Positions 51,158 to 64,000 of a stretch of DNA of 64,000 nt are shown piece by piece. How positions within the stretch are numbered: the first letter of the stretch is position 1; every line of letters begins with the position of its first letter. The notes below the pieces were generated by a model, which did not search any database, was not told the DNA's origin, and worked only from the letters and a program-made list of their open reading frames with translations. The position numbers and the translations under genes were made by a program. The stretch is from Scyliorhinus canicula (Eukaryota): assembly GCF_902713615.1 (NCBI RefSeq), contig NC_052146.1, positions 130,737,875-130,801,874 on the forward strand, given 5' to 3'.

Positions 51158-51579
51158 TACTGGAGAGTTTGCTCCCGATTTCCATTGGCTAGTTTGGCTG
51201 GGGCTCCCTGATGCTACACTCGGTCAACTACTGCCTTGATGTCAAGGGCAGCCAGTCACTCTCACCTCAGCAGGGAAAATTACTGGGATCCACCCTAACA
51301 AAATGGATGCCCACATTGAAATCCACCTGCCCTCCTCTCAATGCCTCTTTGCAATTGGATAATTGGAGGGTCAAAGGATTCTTAATAACACTTAAAAACA
51401 AGTGGAAAAGCAATGTCTCTATGATTTGCCCCCTGGGTTCGTCATAACAGAGTCTGGAGGCTAATCTTTAATTCCAGAACAATGCCGGGCAGGTAGCTTG
51501 CTGTGCCCCAGCTGTCAGCAGCACTGGCTCCTGTGTTGGGGCTGAGTGGCTGCTGGATATCTGGTCCTCCTGTTTAGTG

Positions 51580-51747
51580 GATGCTCTGAGTGACGGGGCT
51601 GACGCTGTGGAGCTGCTGATGTATCTGCCACTGGCCAGGCTGGCGACGTGATGTATTTCCGCTGTCTGCAGCTGATCAAAGCTGCGGAGAGACCTGAGCA
51701 GAGAGCGGGGAAGCAGCCAGATACACACGCCTTCCTGCACGGTAGGT
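51580..51747 (+). promoter_or_regulatory. Possible promoter and non-coding first exon ending at donor ACG|GTAGGT (51741/51742)
   Basis: Apparently non-repetitive, CpG-containing stretch with TGACG/GACGTG half-sites and TTTCCGC; consensus-like 5' splice site; no protein evidence. Confidence 0.3.
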
Positions 51748-52119
51748 CAGCCTGGATCAAGCCGGGAGCGGTGACTGCGTTGGAGATGTGGGCTGAGTGC
51801 GGGGCTTGTTAGTTTTGTGTGGACGGGGAGGGTTTAATCTGTAGCCGGGAACCATTTATTAATGCGGCGAAATCCCGGGCTCTCTGATTTGGAAATCACA
51901 GATGGAAGATATATGTGCGGAGATGGGGGGCACCGGAATTGTGGATTTTGTTTAAATTCTTCCTCCTGCTGCTTTTTTAAAAGTCCTTAGCGTTAAAAAA
52001 GACATCAGCTGCCTTCTTAAAGCACCCTTCAGGGTGCTGAGCCCTGTATGAGTTTGATGACAGGACTGTATTCCAGGTATTTTACATCTATCACAGTCAT
52101 TGGGCAGCTGATGGCCGAC

Positions 52120-54480
52120 CTGGGAGGGGTGGGGGGTCCCTGGGAGGGGTGGGGGGTCACAGGGAGGGGGTGGGAGGCGATTAGAGGGGAGGGGGTTGTC
52201 GGGGGGGAGGGGCTGGTTGGAGGGGGGGGTGTCAGGGAGGGAGGGGCTGGTTGGAGGGGGGTGTGTCAGGGAGGGAGGGGCTGGTTGGAGGGGGGTGTCA
52301 GGGAGGGAGGGGCTGGTTGGGGGGGGTGTCAGGGAGGGAGGGGCTGGTTGGAGGGGGGGTGTCAGGGAGGGGGCTGGTTGGAGGGGGGTGTCAAGGAGGG
52401 AGGGGCTGGTTGGAGGGGGGTGTCAGGGAGGGAGGGGCTGGTTGGAGGGGGGTGTCAGGGAGGGAGGGGCTGGTTGGAGGGGGGTGTCAGGGAGGGAGGG
52501 GCTGGTTGGAGGGGGGGTGTCAGGGAGGGAGGGGCTGGTTGGAGGGGGGGGGGTGTCAGGGAGGGAGGGGCTGGTTGGAGGGGGGTGTCAAGGAGGGAGG
52601 GGCTGGTTGGAGGGGGGTGTCAGGGAGGGAGGGGCTGGTTGGAGGGGGGTGTCAGGGAGGGAGGGGCTGGTTGGAGGGGGGGTGTCAGGGAGGGGAGGGG
52701 CTGGTTGGAGGGGGGGTGTCAGGAGGGAGGGGCTGTTGGAGGGGGGGTGTCGGTAGGAGGGGCTGGTTGGAGGGAGGGGCTGGTTGGAGGGGGGGGTCAG
52801 GGAGGGAGGGGCTGGTTGGAGGGGGGGGTGTCAGGGAGGGGCTGGTTGGAGGGGGGTGTCAGGGAGGGGTGGGTGGAGGGGGGGTCAGGAGGGAGGGGCT
52901 GGTTGGAGGGTGTCAGGGAGGGAGGGGCTGGTTGGAGGGGGGTGTCAGGGAGGGGGAGGGGCTGGTTGGAGGGGGGTGTCAGGGAGGGAGGGGCTAGTTG
53001 GAGGGGGGGGGTGTCAGGGAGGGAGGGGCTGGTTGGAGGGGGGTGTCAGGAGGAGGGGCTGGTTGGAGGGGGGGTCAGGGAGGAGGGCTGGTTGGAGGGT
53101 GGTGTCGGGAGGGGGGCTGGTTGGAGGGGGGTGTCAGGGAGGAGGGGCTGGTTGAGGGGGGGTGTCAGGAGGGAGGGCTAGTTGGAGGGGGGGGTGTCAG
53201 GGAGGGAGGGCTGGTTGGAGGGGGTTCAGGAGGAGGGCTGGTTGGAGGGGGGAGTCAGGGAGGGAGGGCTGGTTGGAGGGGGAGTCAGGGAGGGGAGGCT
53301 GGTTGGAGGGTGGGTCAGGAGGGAGGGGCTGGTTGGAGGGGGGTTTCGGAGGGAGGGGCTGGTTGGAGGGGGGTGTCGGAGGGAGGGGCTGATTGGAGGG
53401 GGGTGTCGGAGGGAGGGGCTGGTTGGAGGGGGGTGTCAGGGAGGGAGGGAGGGGCTGGTTGGAGGGGGGGTGTCGGGGAGGGAGGGGCTGGTTGGAGGGG
53501 GGTGTCGGGGAGGGAGGGGCTGGTTGGAGCGGGGTGTCGGGGAGGGAGGTTCTGGTTGGAGGAGGTGTGTCACAGGGAGGGGGGACTGGTTGGAGGAGGG
53601 GGTGTCACAGGGAGGGGGGAGGGGCCGGGTGGGTGTCGGAGGGAGGGGCTGGTTGGAGGAGGGCATGCCACAGGGAGGGGTGGGCTGGTTGGAGGAAGGG
53701 GTGTCAGAGGGAGGGGGGAGGGGCTGGGTGGGTGTCAGGGAGGGAGGGGTTGGAGGAGGGGGTGTCAGAGGGGGGGAGGGGCTGGGTGGGTGTCAGGGAG
53801 GGAGGGGCTGGTTGGAGGAGGGGATGCCACAGGGAGGGTGGGCTGGTTGGAGGAGGGGGTGTCACAGGCAGGGAGAGGCTGGGGGTGTCAGGGAGGGAGG
53901 GTCTGGTTGGAGGTGGGTTTGTCATGGAGTGAGGGCTGGTTGGAGGAGGGGGTGTCACAGGGTGGCAGTGGCTGGTTGGAGGAGGGGGGTGTCATGGTGG
54001 GAGGGGCTGGTTGGAAGACGGGGGTGTCACAGGGAGGGGCTGGTTGGAGGAGGGGGTGCCACAGGGAGCGGCAGATACAGAGGGTGTCACAGGAAGAGAG
54101 GGAGGGTTTGATTGGTGGAGGGGAGTGGTTAGAGGGTGTCACAGCGAAGTATGAGCTGGTTGGAGGAGGGGGTTTCTGAGAGAGGGGGTGCCACAGGGAG
54201 GGAGGGGCTGATTGGAGGAGGGGGGTGTTACAGGAAGGGGCTGGTTGGAGGAGGGGATGCCATAGGGAGGGAGGGGCTGATTGGAGGAGGGGGTGTCACA
54301 GGAAGTGGTGGTTGGAGGGGCTGGGTGTTTGAAGGAAGAGGTGCCACAGTGAGGAGGGGGTGTTGAAAGTAATGTCACAGATGGGCGGGGGCTGGAAAGG
54401 GTGTCACGAGGGAGGGGGTGGTTTGGATGGGGTATCACGCGGGAGGGTGTGAAGAGGGAGGTAGGGTGTCATGGTGGGGA
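52120..54480 (+). repeat. G-rich minisatellite, ~30-33-bp unit gggagggaggggctggttggaggggggtgtca
   Basis: Dozens of visible tandem units, homogeneous at 52200-53000 and progressively degenerate to the right. Confidence 0.97.
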
Positions 54481-54915
54481 GAGGAAGAGTTAGTGGGAGG
54501 AAGATGAATTGTAACAATGGAGAGTTATGGTTTGTGGGCGAGGGAAGGAGAGAGTTTTACAGTGAGCAGGATAGACAAGTGTAATTGGAGGTGGAATGTG
54601 GTTGTAAAAACAAGGTAATGAGGCTGTAAGACTAAAATAAGTGACGTAATAGGAGTTCAATGGGAAATGGTCAGTGGATGTGGGGGTGGGTGGAAGGTGA
54701 AATTTTACACAGACCAGATATCGCTTTTTTTTTTTAATCGCTATCGATCTAACCATTGACTGGTGCCAGATTTCTTCACACTTGGTATTTTGACCCTTGG
54801 CCGAGTTGGCTTAGTAAAGCACTGGCAAGGGCCTGTAGTCATTCCTTCAAGGCTGCTGGATGGGACAAGGATCCAAGAAAACAGCATTATATCTCTTTCC
54901 TTCCCCATTCACCTT

Positions 54916-55233
54916 GGGTGCGATTCTCCAAAATGGACACGATGGCGCGAAATGGGCGCAGGGACTACTGAACGATGCTGGGGCGGTTCATGCTGCTCCA
55001 GCCTCCCTTCCCGGTGTCAAATGGGGGCTGCGCCAACCCGTGCATGCGCAGTTGGGTTGCGCCAACCAGCGCATGCGTGTGGGACTTCTTCAGTGCACCG
55101 GCCCCTACGCAACATGGCGTGGGGATTCTGGGGCCGGAAGCGGAGCAAAGTAGGCCCATTTGGGGGGGGGGGGTGGGGGAGAGGCTGGCCCGCCGATCGG
55201 TGAGCCCTGATCGCGGGGCAAACCCTATCGGAG

Positions 55234-55272
<39 letters not shown>

Positions 55273-55569
55273 GGAGCGCTTTTCCTCACCGCACAGGCCG
55301 CCCCCCGACCCTTCCTGCAGAGTTCCCGCCGGCAGCAACCAGGGGTGAATGGCGCCGGAGGGACTCTGCCGTTTCCGCGTGGCTGCTCGGCCTATCCAGG
55401 CCGAAGAATTGGCAGCCCGGCCGGGATAGCGGCCCGCGACCGGCGCTGTGCCAAATGCGCCGGCGCAAATGGTGCCGATTCTCCGCACCTCAGAGAATCG
55501 CGCGTCAGGGCGGCGTGGCGTGGTTGCGGTGATTCTCCGGCCCAGCGCGCGGCTGGGAGAATCGTGCCC
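54916..55569. mobile_element. Harbinger-type MITE
   Basis: TIRs GGGTGCGATTCTCC / GGAGAATCGTGCCC; 3-bp TSD CTT. Confidence 0.85.
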
Positions 55570-55823
55570 CTTGTCTCTGAAATTCAAAGCTGATCTACCA
55601 CCACGCATCATTCCAGTATGCAGTTTTGGTACCTTGTGACACTGGACACTTTAACGATGTTGCAGGAAATAATGATAGAGAATGGAATGATGTGAGAACA
55701 TGGGAATAGCACTGGGTTATTAAATCACCTTGAGCCTGCTACAGAGTGCCGCTGGATCATGGCTTCTCCGTATTTTAACTCTTTATACCTGCCTTGACTT
55801 CATAGCCCTTGATTTAAAAAAAA

Positions 55824-56065
55824 TCATCTTTATTGTCACAAGTAGGCTTACATTAACACTGCAATTAAGTTATTGTGAAAAGACCCTGGTCGCCACATTC
55901 CGGTGCCTGTTTGGGAGGCAGAATTCAGAATGCCCAATTTGCTTAACAAGCATGTCTTTTGGGACTTGTGAGAGGAAACCGGAGCACCTGGAGGAAACCC
56001 ACGCAGACACGGGAGAACGTGCAGACTCTGCACAGACAGTGACCCAAGGTGGGAATCAAACATGT
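55824..56065 (-). mobile_element. Hybrid SINE: HE1/V-type head and core with a Rex1-type tail
   Basis: Core ggtttcctccaggtgctccggtttcc joined to cggaatgtggcgacc...ttttcaca.taac...gtgacaataa. Confidence 0.8.
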
Positions 56066-56345
56066 TAATGTAAGCCTACAGTGTTAATGTGAGCCTGCTT
56101 GTGACACTAATAAATATTAGAGATCATTATAGAGATAAGGGTGTACCCAGAGCTCTGTACACTTGTATCAACTTATTCCACTTTGTAGTCCGGTCCTCTT
56201 AAAGTCAAAACCAACACCTCATGAGCCTTACCGAGTTTGTACCATACACTAGCTTTTAATGATTTTTTGTACTTAGAACCCTAAATATCTCAATCTTAGT
56301 TCCTAGCTTCTGGCCATTTATAAAATGACTAGGGTTCCAAAGAGT

Positions 56346-56535
56346 CATAGAACATAGAACATAGAACAGTACAGCACAGAACAGGCCCTTCGGCCCTCAA
56401 TGTTGTGCCGAACAATGATCACCCTACTTTAAACCCACGTAACCCGTATACCCGTAACCCAACAATCCCCCCATTAACCTTACACTACGGGCAATTTACC
56501 ATGGCCAATCCACCTAACCCGCACATCTTTGGACT
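56346..56535 (-). mobile_element. HE1-type SINE 3' half
   Basis: (catagaa)n tail and ccaatccacctaacc core. Confidence 0.8.
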
Positions 56536-56864
56536 GAGTCATATTGGACTCAGTTGTGTTACTCTCCCCACGGTTGTTACTAGACCTGCTGAGCTTTCCT
56601 AGTCCCTTCTGTTTTTGTTACAAAATAACTAGACTCATCTTTCTTGGTTCCATAGTGAATGACCTTGCGCTTCCCCATACTGAACACATTTGCCATAATT
56701 TTCTCCACTCAGTTCATCTAATCAATGTCCCTTTGTAATTTTCGGCATTTATCTACATTATTTATGGGGCTACCTAATTTAGTGTCGTCAACAAACTTAA
56801 GATATTCCTTCATTCAAATTTAGTATAATGGAGTATGTTAGACTAAGTCCCATAAAGGGTATCT

Positions 56865-57760
56865 GTCATAGTCTGTGATGTCATAGAAGGAAGTGACAAA
56901 CTTGTGATCTGAGAGGGTCTAGGAGAAAGCAGCATGGGAAGAAGCTAGTGTAAGGAAGTGTTCTCATAACTATAAATCTTCATAAAGTTTAGTATTTTCA
57001 GCCAGCAGTGTTTGGGAGATATTGAAACTTATGCAGCCCAAAATGATGTTAGAAAAATCTCTACCTCTATGGGATAGTTTCAAGAAAATTGCAGACCTAA
57101 ATTGGGCAGAAACATGGCCAGTGTTTCCTCAATTTCAAGCTGTATTCAGTCTTGCAGCATGCCAGACTGTAAGCAGGTCAGTACACTTTTGTACACAATG
57201 GGTGACTTTGCAGATGGCATTTTAGTAACCCTGGGGATCGATAATGGTATGTCATAAATGCCAAAGTCATTGATGTATCGAAGACATATTTCAATCTCTG
57301 CAATAATACCTTTTGCGGAACACGCAACGTTTAATAAATGTGTCCTGAGACATGGAGAACAGCATTGATACATTTATCAAAGATTTGTAATGGCTGAATC
57401 ATGATCAGATGACTTGCAGTTCCAGGAAGACTTGATGAAGGCGATTGAAATAAATGGACAAACTATGATTAGGAGGCAGAACTGAATGGTAATTAGAGGA
57501 CAAGAGAAACAGACTGAATCCCAAAGTAACAGATGAAGTTGAATTTGTCAGACCTAAGAAAGGGAAAACTGAGAAGGCGACACATGTGACATGAAAAGCA
57601 ATTAATAGCAGCAGACTAGCTGATGTGGAAGAGAAAGACACTGGGCTTGTCCTGCCAAAGAATACCATTGGTAGAAAAAAATGGACCATTTCTAGGCTGT
57701 ATGTTGCCACAGGAAAACATGGGCAGAATACTCCAAAGGAAAAAGCTTTATTTAAAAAGA
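56865..57760 (+). mobile_element. Very old Gypsy LTR/gag remnant
   Basis: aagcaggtcagtacacttttgtacacaatgggtgac = KQVSTLLYTMGD (gag-like), decayed E.A.FNK..Q..E.ID.FI motif and knuckle traces. Confidence 0.5.
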
Positions 57761-57816
57761 AAGAGTCCACGATGTCCATAGGAATAACCCTTCTTGGGAC
57801 AGATTAAAGAAACGGA

Positions 57817-58030
57817 GGGCAGCACGGCGGTGCAGTGGTTAGCACGGCTGCCTCACTCTACTGAGGTCCCAGGTTTAATCCTGGCTCTGGGTCACTGTCC
57901 TTGTGGAGTTCGCACATTCTCCGTTTTGTGTGGGTTTCGCCCCCAGAACCCAAAGATGTGCAGGGTAGGTGGATTTGCCATGCTAAATTGCCCCTTAATT
58001 GGAGAAAATGAATTGGGTACTAAATGCATA
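57817..58030 (+). mobile_element. Short HE1-related SINE (same family as 6011)
   Basis: gggcagcacggcggtgcagtgg...ttgccccttaattgg. Confidence 0.8.
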
Positions 58031-58199
58031 AATCCTGGCAAACGATCATAGGACACACTTTGAAATTGGATATGGAGCAGTAGTTTCAGTTCTTTCAGAC
58101 ACTGAACTATTGCTAAACAAGAGACTTCTTCAACCATCCTACAAAAAGCTACATGGACCAGGAGGGACAGAGCTGAAGGCTCTGGAAGAATTAACAGCT

Positions 58200-61100
58200 A
58201 CTCCAAAGCACAAAGTACTTTACAAAAATTCTGGTCAGAGTAGGGTTGTGTCAAATCTCCATGGAGGCTGGACATTGGGTTTGGACCTATGAGCCAGGTC
58301 AAGGGCATGGGGCACCTGGTCTGATACAACTATGGCAGAATACCTGGCAGTTTGATCTGTGGGGAGAAGAGCTCTATCCAAAAGAAAAATAGTTGATGTG
58401 AGTAAGCATGGTGGACATGAGAGAAGTAGGAAATGTCCCTTGTGTTCTTGTGGAGGAAACACCAATGGTCCACACAACCCATTTGAGTCATGAAGTTGAA
58501 AAGAGCCTTGGAAACACCGGAGAAGGTGGATCTGGAGTTATCCTGCTTTGATTCTGTAACACCATTTAGATCCCCTCTGGAAACAAAAGATGTTGGGTGT
58601 CTAGATTAGGAAGGGAAGATAAAATATGATAAATTTTGTATTATCCCAGTTGGGGGCATAGATATAGATGCTCACCAAAACTACAGGGGTTTTAAAAAAT
58701 GTGCCAGTAACCTTTGTATAATAATGTCCACTAGAGTCTGAGATTAAATTTAAGGGGGAGAACTGCATTCTTTTGTTAATCAAAATTGCTGTCCACCTAG
58801 CTCTGCCATCAAACCTGGAGTGAAACAACTAGCCAACCAATGTTTTCAGTAATCTGGTGTGATCGCTAACATGAAGATACATTTCATGAAGGAATGCAAC
58901 ATCTGTGTACGTTCCCTCGGCCGCAGAAAAATACTTTTCACTGTACTTTGGTGCATGTGACTAAATATCAATCAAAGCTCTTGAGATGTGATAACACTTT
59001 AGAATGCTTTACTGTGCCATTCAACTCCCTAACATTCCAAGTGACTAATCTGATTGAGAACCCTGCACCACCCTGACCGCCTAAGCTAGTCATACATACA
59101 GGAATACTTAATAAAAGGATCAGTAAATTGAATGGAAAAGAAAGTAAAGCCAAAAGGATCCATTTGCATGATAGAGAAATACAGAACAGGCCCTTCGGCT
59201 CACGATGTTGTGCCAAACTTTTGTCGTAGGTTAATCATAGATCATAGAATTTTGGACACTATGGGCAATTCATCATGGCCAATCCACCCAACCTGCACAT
59301 CTTTGGACGGTGGGAGGAAACCGGAGTACCCGGAGGAAACCCATGCACACACGTGGGGAGGATGTGCAGACTCCACACACACAGTGACCCAAGCCGAAAT
59401 CGAACCTGAGACCCTGGAGCTGTGAAGCAATTGTGCTATCCACAATGCTACCGTGCTGCCCTTAAGAACAAATTAATCTACACTCCATTATTCTACCCTA
59501 ATCCATATACCTATCCAATAGCCGCTTGAAGGTCCCTAATGTTTCCAGCTCAACTACTTCCACGGGCAGTGCCTTCCATGCCCCCACTACTCTCTGGGTA
59601 AAGAACCTACCTCTGACATCCCCCCCCCCCCTATATCTTCCACCATTTACCTTAAATTTATGTCCCCTTGTAATGGTTTGTTCCACCCGGGGAAAAAGTC
59701 TCTGACTGTCTACTCTATCTATTCCCCTGATCATCTTATAAACCTCTATCAAGTCGGCCCTCATCCTTCTCCGTTCCAATGAGAAAAGGCCTAGCACCCT
59801 CAACCTTTCCTCATAAGACCTACTCTCCATTCCAGGCAACATCCTGGTAAATCTCCTTTGCACCTTTTCCAAAGCTTCCACATCCTTCCTAAAATGAGGT
59901 GACCAGAATTGCACACAGTGCTCCAAATGTGGCCTGACCAAGGTTTTGTACAGCTGCATCATCACCTCACAGCTCTTAAATTCGATCCCTCTGCTAATGA
60001 ACGCTAGCACACCATAGGCCTTCTTCACAGCTCTATCCACTTGAGTGGCAACTTTCAAAGATCTATGAACATAGACCCCAAGATTTCTCTGCTCCTCTAC
60101 ATTGCCAAGAACCCTACCGTTAACGATTACTGTCAATGCAGGAAATCCCTACCACCCCCACACCATCCCCAGAACAATCATTTCACTCCCGAACCACTAG
60201 AACAAAAACAAAAGTGTGATAATAAACCTTTAACTAAATAAAACTATGAATCAAATCTTAAGCTCGCCATTCTAAACAAGATGAGCGACAGGTATTCCAT
60301 CTTGTATGCATCAGTTCACTAACTAACCTTGTTTATGGTGCATACCCCAATATGAGTTACATTAGATAATACGCCATTGAAAAGTTGCTTGGTCTAACCA
60401 TGTTGTAGAGGTCGAGTGGAAACACACTTGTCGAACATGCCCTTCATTTTGGGAATGTTAAATGGCCTATACAGGTGTTCAAAACACATGATACCCAAGT
60501 ACAAAACCACAAACTTAGTAAGACTGTCAAGAATTAAGTATGTGCCGCTGAAGGAAAGAATCTGTCTTAGCTGGTGCGACAAAGAAGTAATATTCTCTGT
60601 TAAATATGATGTGGAGATGGGCAGGGTGAATCAGCCGTAAGCCAATTCCTTCCTACAGCATGGACTTGATGTTGTTCAATGCTGCATGCCACCTTGCCAG
60701 GTCTGCACTCATGACTTGGTAGATTCTGATTGAGTGGCCCTGGTAAGTAACATCACGGTGCTCTCATAATGGAAGCGGACCACAATGGCTCACGGGGGGT
60801 CACCAGGGCAAGATTTCGGCTGGAGGGTATGATGAGCTTGGTCTAGCTCTGGGGGTTTAAGGAATGTATATTCGCCCACCACCTTTTTGAATAATTCTAA
60901 CAAGCTGTGTTGGAGTTCAACCTTCAGTCACTTCTGGTATATCAACAATGTGTAGGCTTTGTCATCCTGATCGCGTTTTCCAGGTCATCGGCTTTGCCCT
61001 GCAATGGCGCATTCTCCTTAATCGCTGCTCCAGTCAGCCTGGTCTCTGGTGCACTGATCCTGTCCCTATGGGTCCCTGTGGTCTGAGAAGGGCTGGCTCG

Positions 61101-61400
61101 ATGTCAGTAAGGGTGCTGGTGTGAGACGACAACTGAACGAATGGTGTCAAGAGATGACCGAGTAGGTTTGTTGAGCGCAGTGACTAGAATTTTGTTTGTT
61201 AGAAGTGTGGGGGAGCTGGCTGCCATCTTAGCTGTAGCCATCTTGGCAGGGACACTTTTGTCATTTAATATTTTCCGGCCTGTATGTTTTGAATTTTTCG
61301 GCATATTTTTTAAAAACTTGTTCCTTGAGTGTTTAAATTGTTTTTTACGACGGCAAATAACAATATACTGGCACATTAAGAAAGAACTCAAAGAAGGATT
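58200..61400 (-). mobile_element. Second decayed L1/Tx1-type LINE (ORF1 ~60500-61250, endonuclease ~58250-59060)
   Basis: RLVTWNVRELNGTVKHSKVLSHLKS, AILINKR, IYAPNWD; decayed ENRS..Q.L.IV.IPE near 60980. Confidence 0.7.
59170..60124 (-). mobile_element. CR1 (HER1-like) LINE 3' fragment with an HE1 head/core inside its 3' UTR
   Basis: ORF 59498-60136 LVRPHLEHCVQFWSP..LEKVQRRFTRM..FFTQRVV; HE1 segment 59245-59461; CR1 tail at 59170-59225. Confidence 0.9.
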
Positions 61401-61490
61401 GTTGTGAGTGTTGCCAATTTAATGGAACACTATAATAATGTTGCACTTTAGAGTCGCCAGTATGATACTGAGACTCTTTTTAAGATATGA

Positions 61491-62324
61491 TGTTATGTCC
61501 CAATAGCATCGCCAATACTGTGGGTGTTTCTGTTTCTCTTACTGAACCACAAGGCTTTACCGTATATCGGTCAAATGACCACACAGTTAGTCAGTTCAAG
61601 TTCAAAGATGGTTTATTTACACACAAGGGTTACTTCGACATGCAAGCACACTGTACTACACCTATAAACTACAATAACCTATGCTTAACTTCAGGCGACC
61701 GGCACTGTGCAAGTGGATAAGGCCTTTATCTTGATCGCGTGGCTGGTTTAAAGAGGTGGCTCTGTCTCTGCTGGGCTCATCCGTCAGGTAGCGATCGTTG
61801 GTCTTGAACTTGGCTGTCTGGTCATTATGCTGCAGTTGGGCTGGCACAGGCCGGATTCAAAGGAGGCTGGCACAGGTGGGGTCCAAAAGAAGGCTGGCAC
61901 AGGCAGGGTCCAAAAGAGGCTGAACACATGGCTGTGTTCCTTTTTATCCTTCTGAGTTTCACGCTGTTTGGGTCGGTCCTTAATCTTGGGCCCAATAGTT
62001 CGACAGGGCTTCGATCACTGCCTTTGATTTCAGCCAATAAAGGGGTGGGTGCCTTGGTGGCTGGGCGGGTCCTTAGCAGTCATTGACCTTGGCAGTTGGG
62101 CTCTCTGAGTAAAGGGAGTGGCGCCGATCAGTCTGTGGCTGTATCGGTTTCTTGAGTGCAGTCCTATTGTTCTGGGGAAATGGGCCATTAGAATGCAAAC
62201 AAGCGCGGGTTTCGATCAGGTCTAGCTATCTGGGTTGCAAATACACAAGTTCTCTATCTGTCTGAGTCCTGGGTTGGCCACAATTCCCATGATCCTTTGC
62301 AGGTGGCCATCTCAGATGGCTACA
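61491..62324 (-). mobile_element. Long LTR-like element (possibly ERV-type solo LTR)
   Basis: TGTAGCC...ATAACA termini on -, AATAAA near 61617, internal ~28-bp repeats at 61838-61925; no TSD seen. Confidence 0.5.
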
Positions 62325-62357
62325 GGACCAACACCATGTGTGCTTCCCCTACATCGC

Positions 62358-64000
62358 TGATGCACAATCAATGATGACTAAAGCGAGGTTGTAGTACAAC
62401 TGAAGGCTTTAATAAGCTAGATGTTTCCCCCAGCAGCTTGGGTACAGAAAGGAAGCTGCTGGGGTGGCACGGGCTCTTATACCCCACCTTGCAGGGCGGA
62501 GCTACCATATAGGCTCGACCAATAGAAAACATCCATTATCTACCAATGGTGTTCCAGCATTACTAGGTACCGTAATAGCTCTACACAGACTACCACATTC
62601 ACCCCCTGTTTTTACAAAAGTCTGGTGGGGGCGGTGGCTTCATATTACAACATGGTAACGTGGTAGATGTTATGATTATGGAGGTACCGTAATGCCTCCG
62701 TACAGCGTTTTACCTTATTATTGTAACTATTTGCAATTTTATAATTAACTATATACATGTTGAAATGAAGCAATCAGTCGATCGGGGGCCCTGGTCATCC
62801 TCTGTGATCGTCGAAGCATCGGTGGTGACGCCGATGGAGGTTTGGGCGTCTGTGACTCCGGGAGCATGGTTTCGATCTCTGTGGCAGCTTCAACACCCCT
62901 AGACGGCGCTGGTGGGTAAGCTGATTGATCTGGGAAGGGAGCGTCTGGGGGGTGCGTCAATGGGCGGGGGCGGGGGGGGGGGGGGGGGGGGGTGCCTAGA
63001 CAGGGCCATATCGGCGAAGAACTGATCCTCCTGGGAAGGGGGCAGCTGTAAGGTGCACCGGTGGGGTGGGACTGGTGGCGGGGGTTTGCGCGGGGATCTG
63101 TAGGTCTCGTAGGGAGACCGTGTCTTGACGGCCATTGGGGTTTGCCACGTAGGCGTACTGGGGGTTAGCGTGGAGAAGATGGACCCTCTCGACCAACGGG
63201 TCCGACTTGTGCGCCCGCACGTGTTTTCGGAGCAGGATGGGTCCGGGGGCTGCCTGCCAGGTTGGGAGCGAGGTCTTCCTGGGGAAAACAAGGAGACGTT
63301 CGTGAGGTGTTTGGTTGGTCGTGGTGCAGAGCAGGGACGTGGTGCAGAGCAGGGACGTGGTGCAGAGCAGGGACCGGATGGAGTGGACAGCATCCGGGAG
63401 GCGGACTTGAGGTCCACCGTGGAGAAGACCTTGTATTGCGTGATCCTGTTTACCAGGTCAGATATGCGGGGGAGAGGGTACGCGTCCAGCTGCGTAAACC
63501 TGTTGATGGTCCGACTGTAGCATCCTATTCTTCTCCCCGGTCTTTACCACCACTACTTGAGCTCTCCAGGGACTGTTGCTAGCTTCAATGACTCCTTCCC
63601 TCAGTAGCCGTTGGACCTCTGACCTAATAAAGATCCAGTCCTGGACACTGTACCGTCTGCTCCTGGTGGCGATGGGTTTGCAATCCACGGTGAGGTTTGC
63701 AAACAGGGAAGGTGGATCGACCTTGATGGTCGCGAGGCTGCAGACAGTGACTGGGTATAGGGCTGCCGAATTTGAAAGTTAGACTTTGGAGGTTGCACTG
63801 GAAGTCTAACCCTAGGAGTGTGGCTGCGCAGAGGTGGGGAAGGACGTAGAGCCAGTAATTTTTGAACTCCCTTCCCTGGACAATGAGATTTGCTACACAG
63901 AACCCCTTTATCTATCTCTACTGAGTGGGAACCAGAGGTCAGGGAGATTTTTTGATTAACGGGGTGGATGGGGAGAGAACAGCGCCTTACCGTGTCGGGG
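62358..64000 (-). mobile_element. Internally deleted Gypsy (Mag-like) element, family E; 3' LTR 62358-62597, continues past the window end
   Basis: LTR TG...CA plus PPT; integrase C-terminus LHANPQYAYV..QDTVSLRDL; RT N-terminus STVDLKSA fused directly to the integrase end; protease remnant. Confidence 0.9.

Noticed and set aside
52048-54438. Long Gly-rich and Pro-rich ORFs (up to 393 aa)
   Set aside because: Artefacts of a stop-poor G-rich minisatellite open in several frames
52120-54480. CRISPR array or immunoglobulin switch region
   Set aside because: No unique spacers or cas genes and the context is vertebrate; no Ig exons nearby and the AGCT motif is essentially absent from the unit

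Overview
Eukaryotic, transposon-dense DNA, most likely from a cartilaginous fish (shark/catshark-like). This is inferred from HE1/V-SINE-type SINEs, CR1-, Rex1/Babar- and L1/Tx1-type LINEs, PIF/Harbinger elements and MITEs. I can identify no intact multi-exon host gene. There are two processed mRNA copies: a young 5'-truncated ASH2L retrocopy with an open ORF, poly(A) and a 10-bp TSD, and an older ATP5MK (USMG5/DAPIT) copy. The most interesting signal is one Ty3/Gypsy (Mag-like) LTR-retrotransposon lineage present as about five diverged families plus solo LTRs. It shares three unusual traits. (1) There is no tRNA-type TGG primer-binding site; the sequence right after the 5' LTR is the reverse complement of the LTR's own poly(A) signal and the bases upstream of it, and the two arms co-vary between families (suggesting self-priming or poly(A) occlusion). 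(2) The RT catalytic motif reads (Y/H)LDN instead of YxDD in all three copies where it is present. (3) A 42-bp-period array of YY1-type GCCGCCATNTT motifs, also coding WAPPS/F repeats, lies between gag and protease. Coordinates were read by eye; boundaries without a TSD or TIR are approximate.
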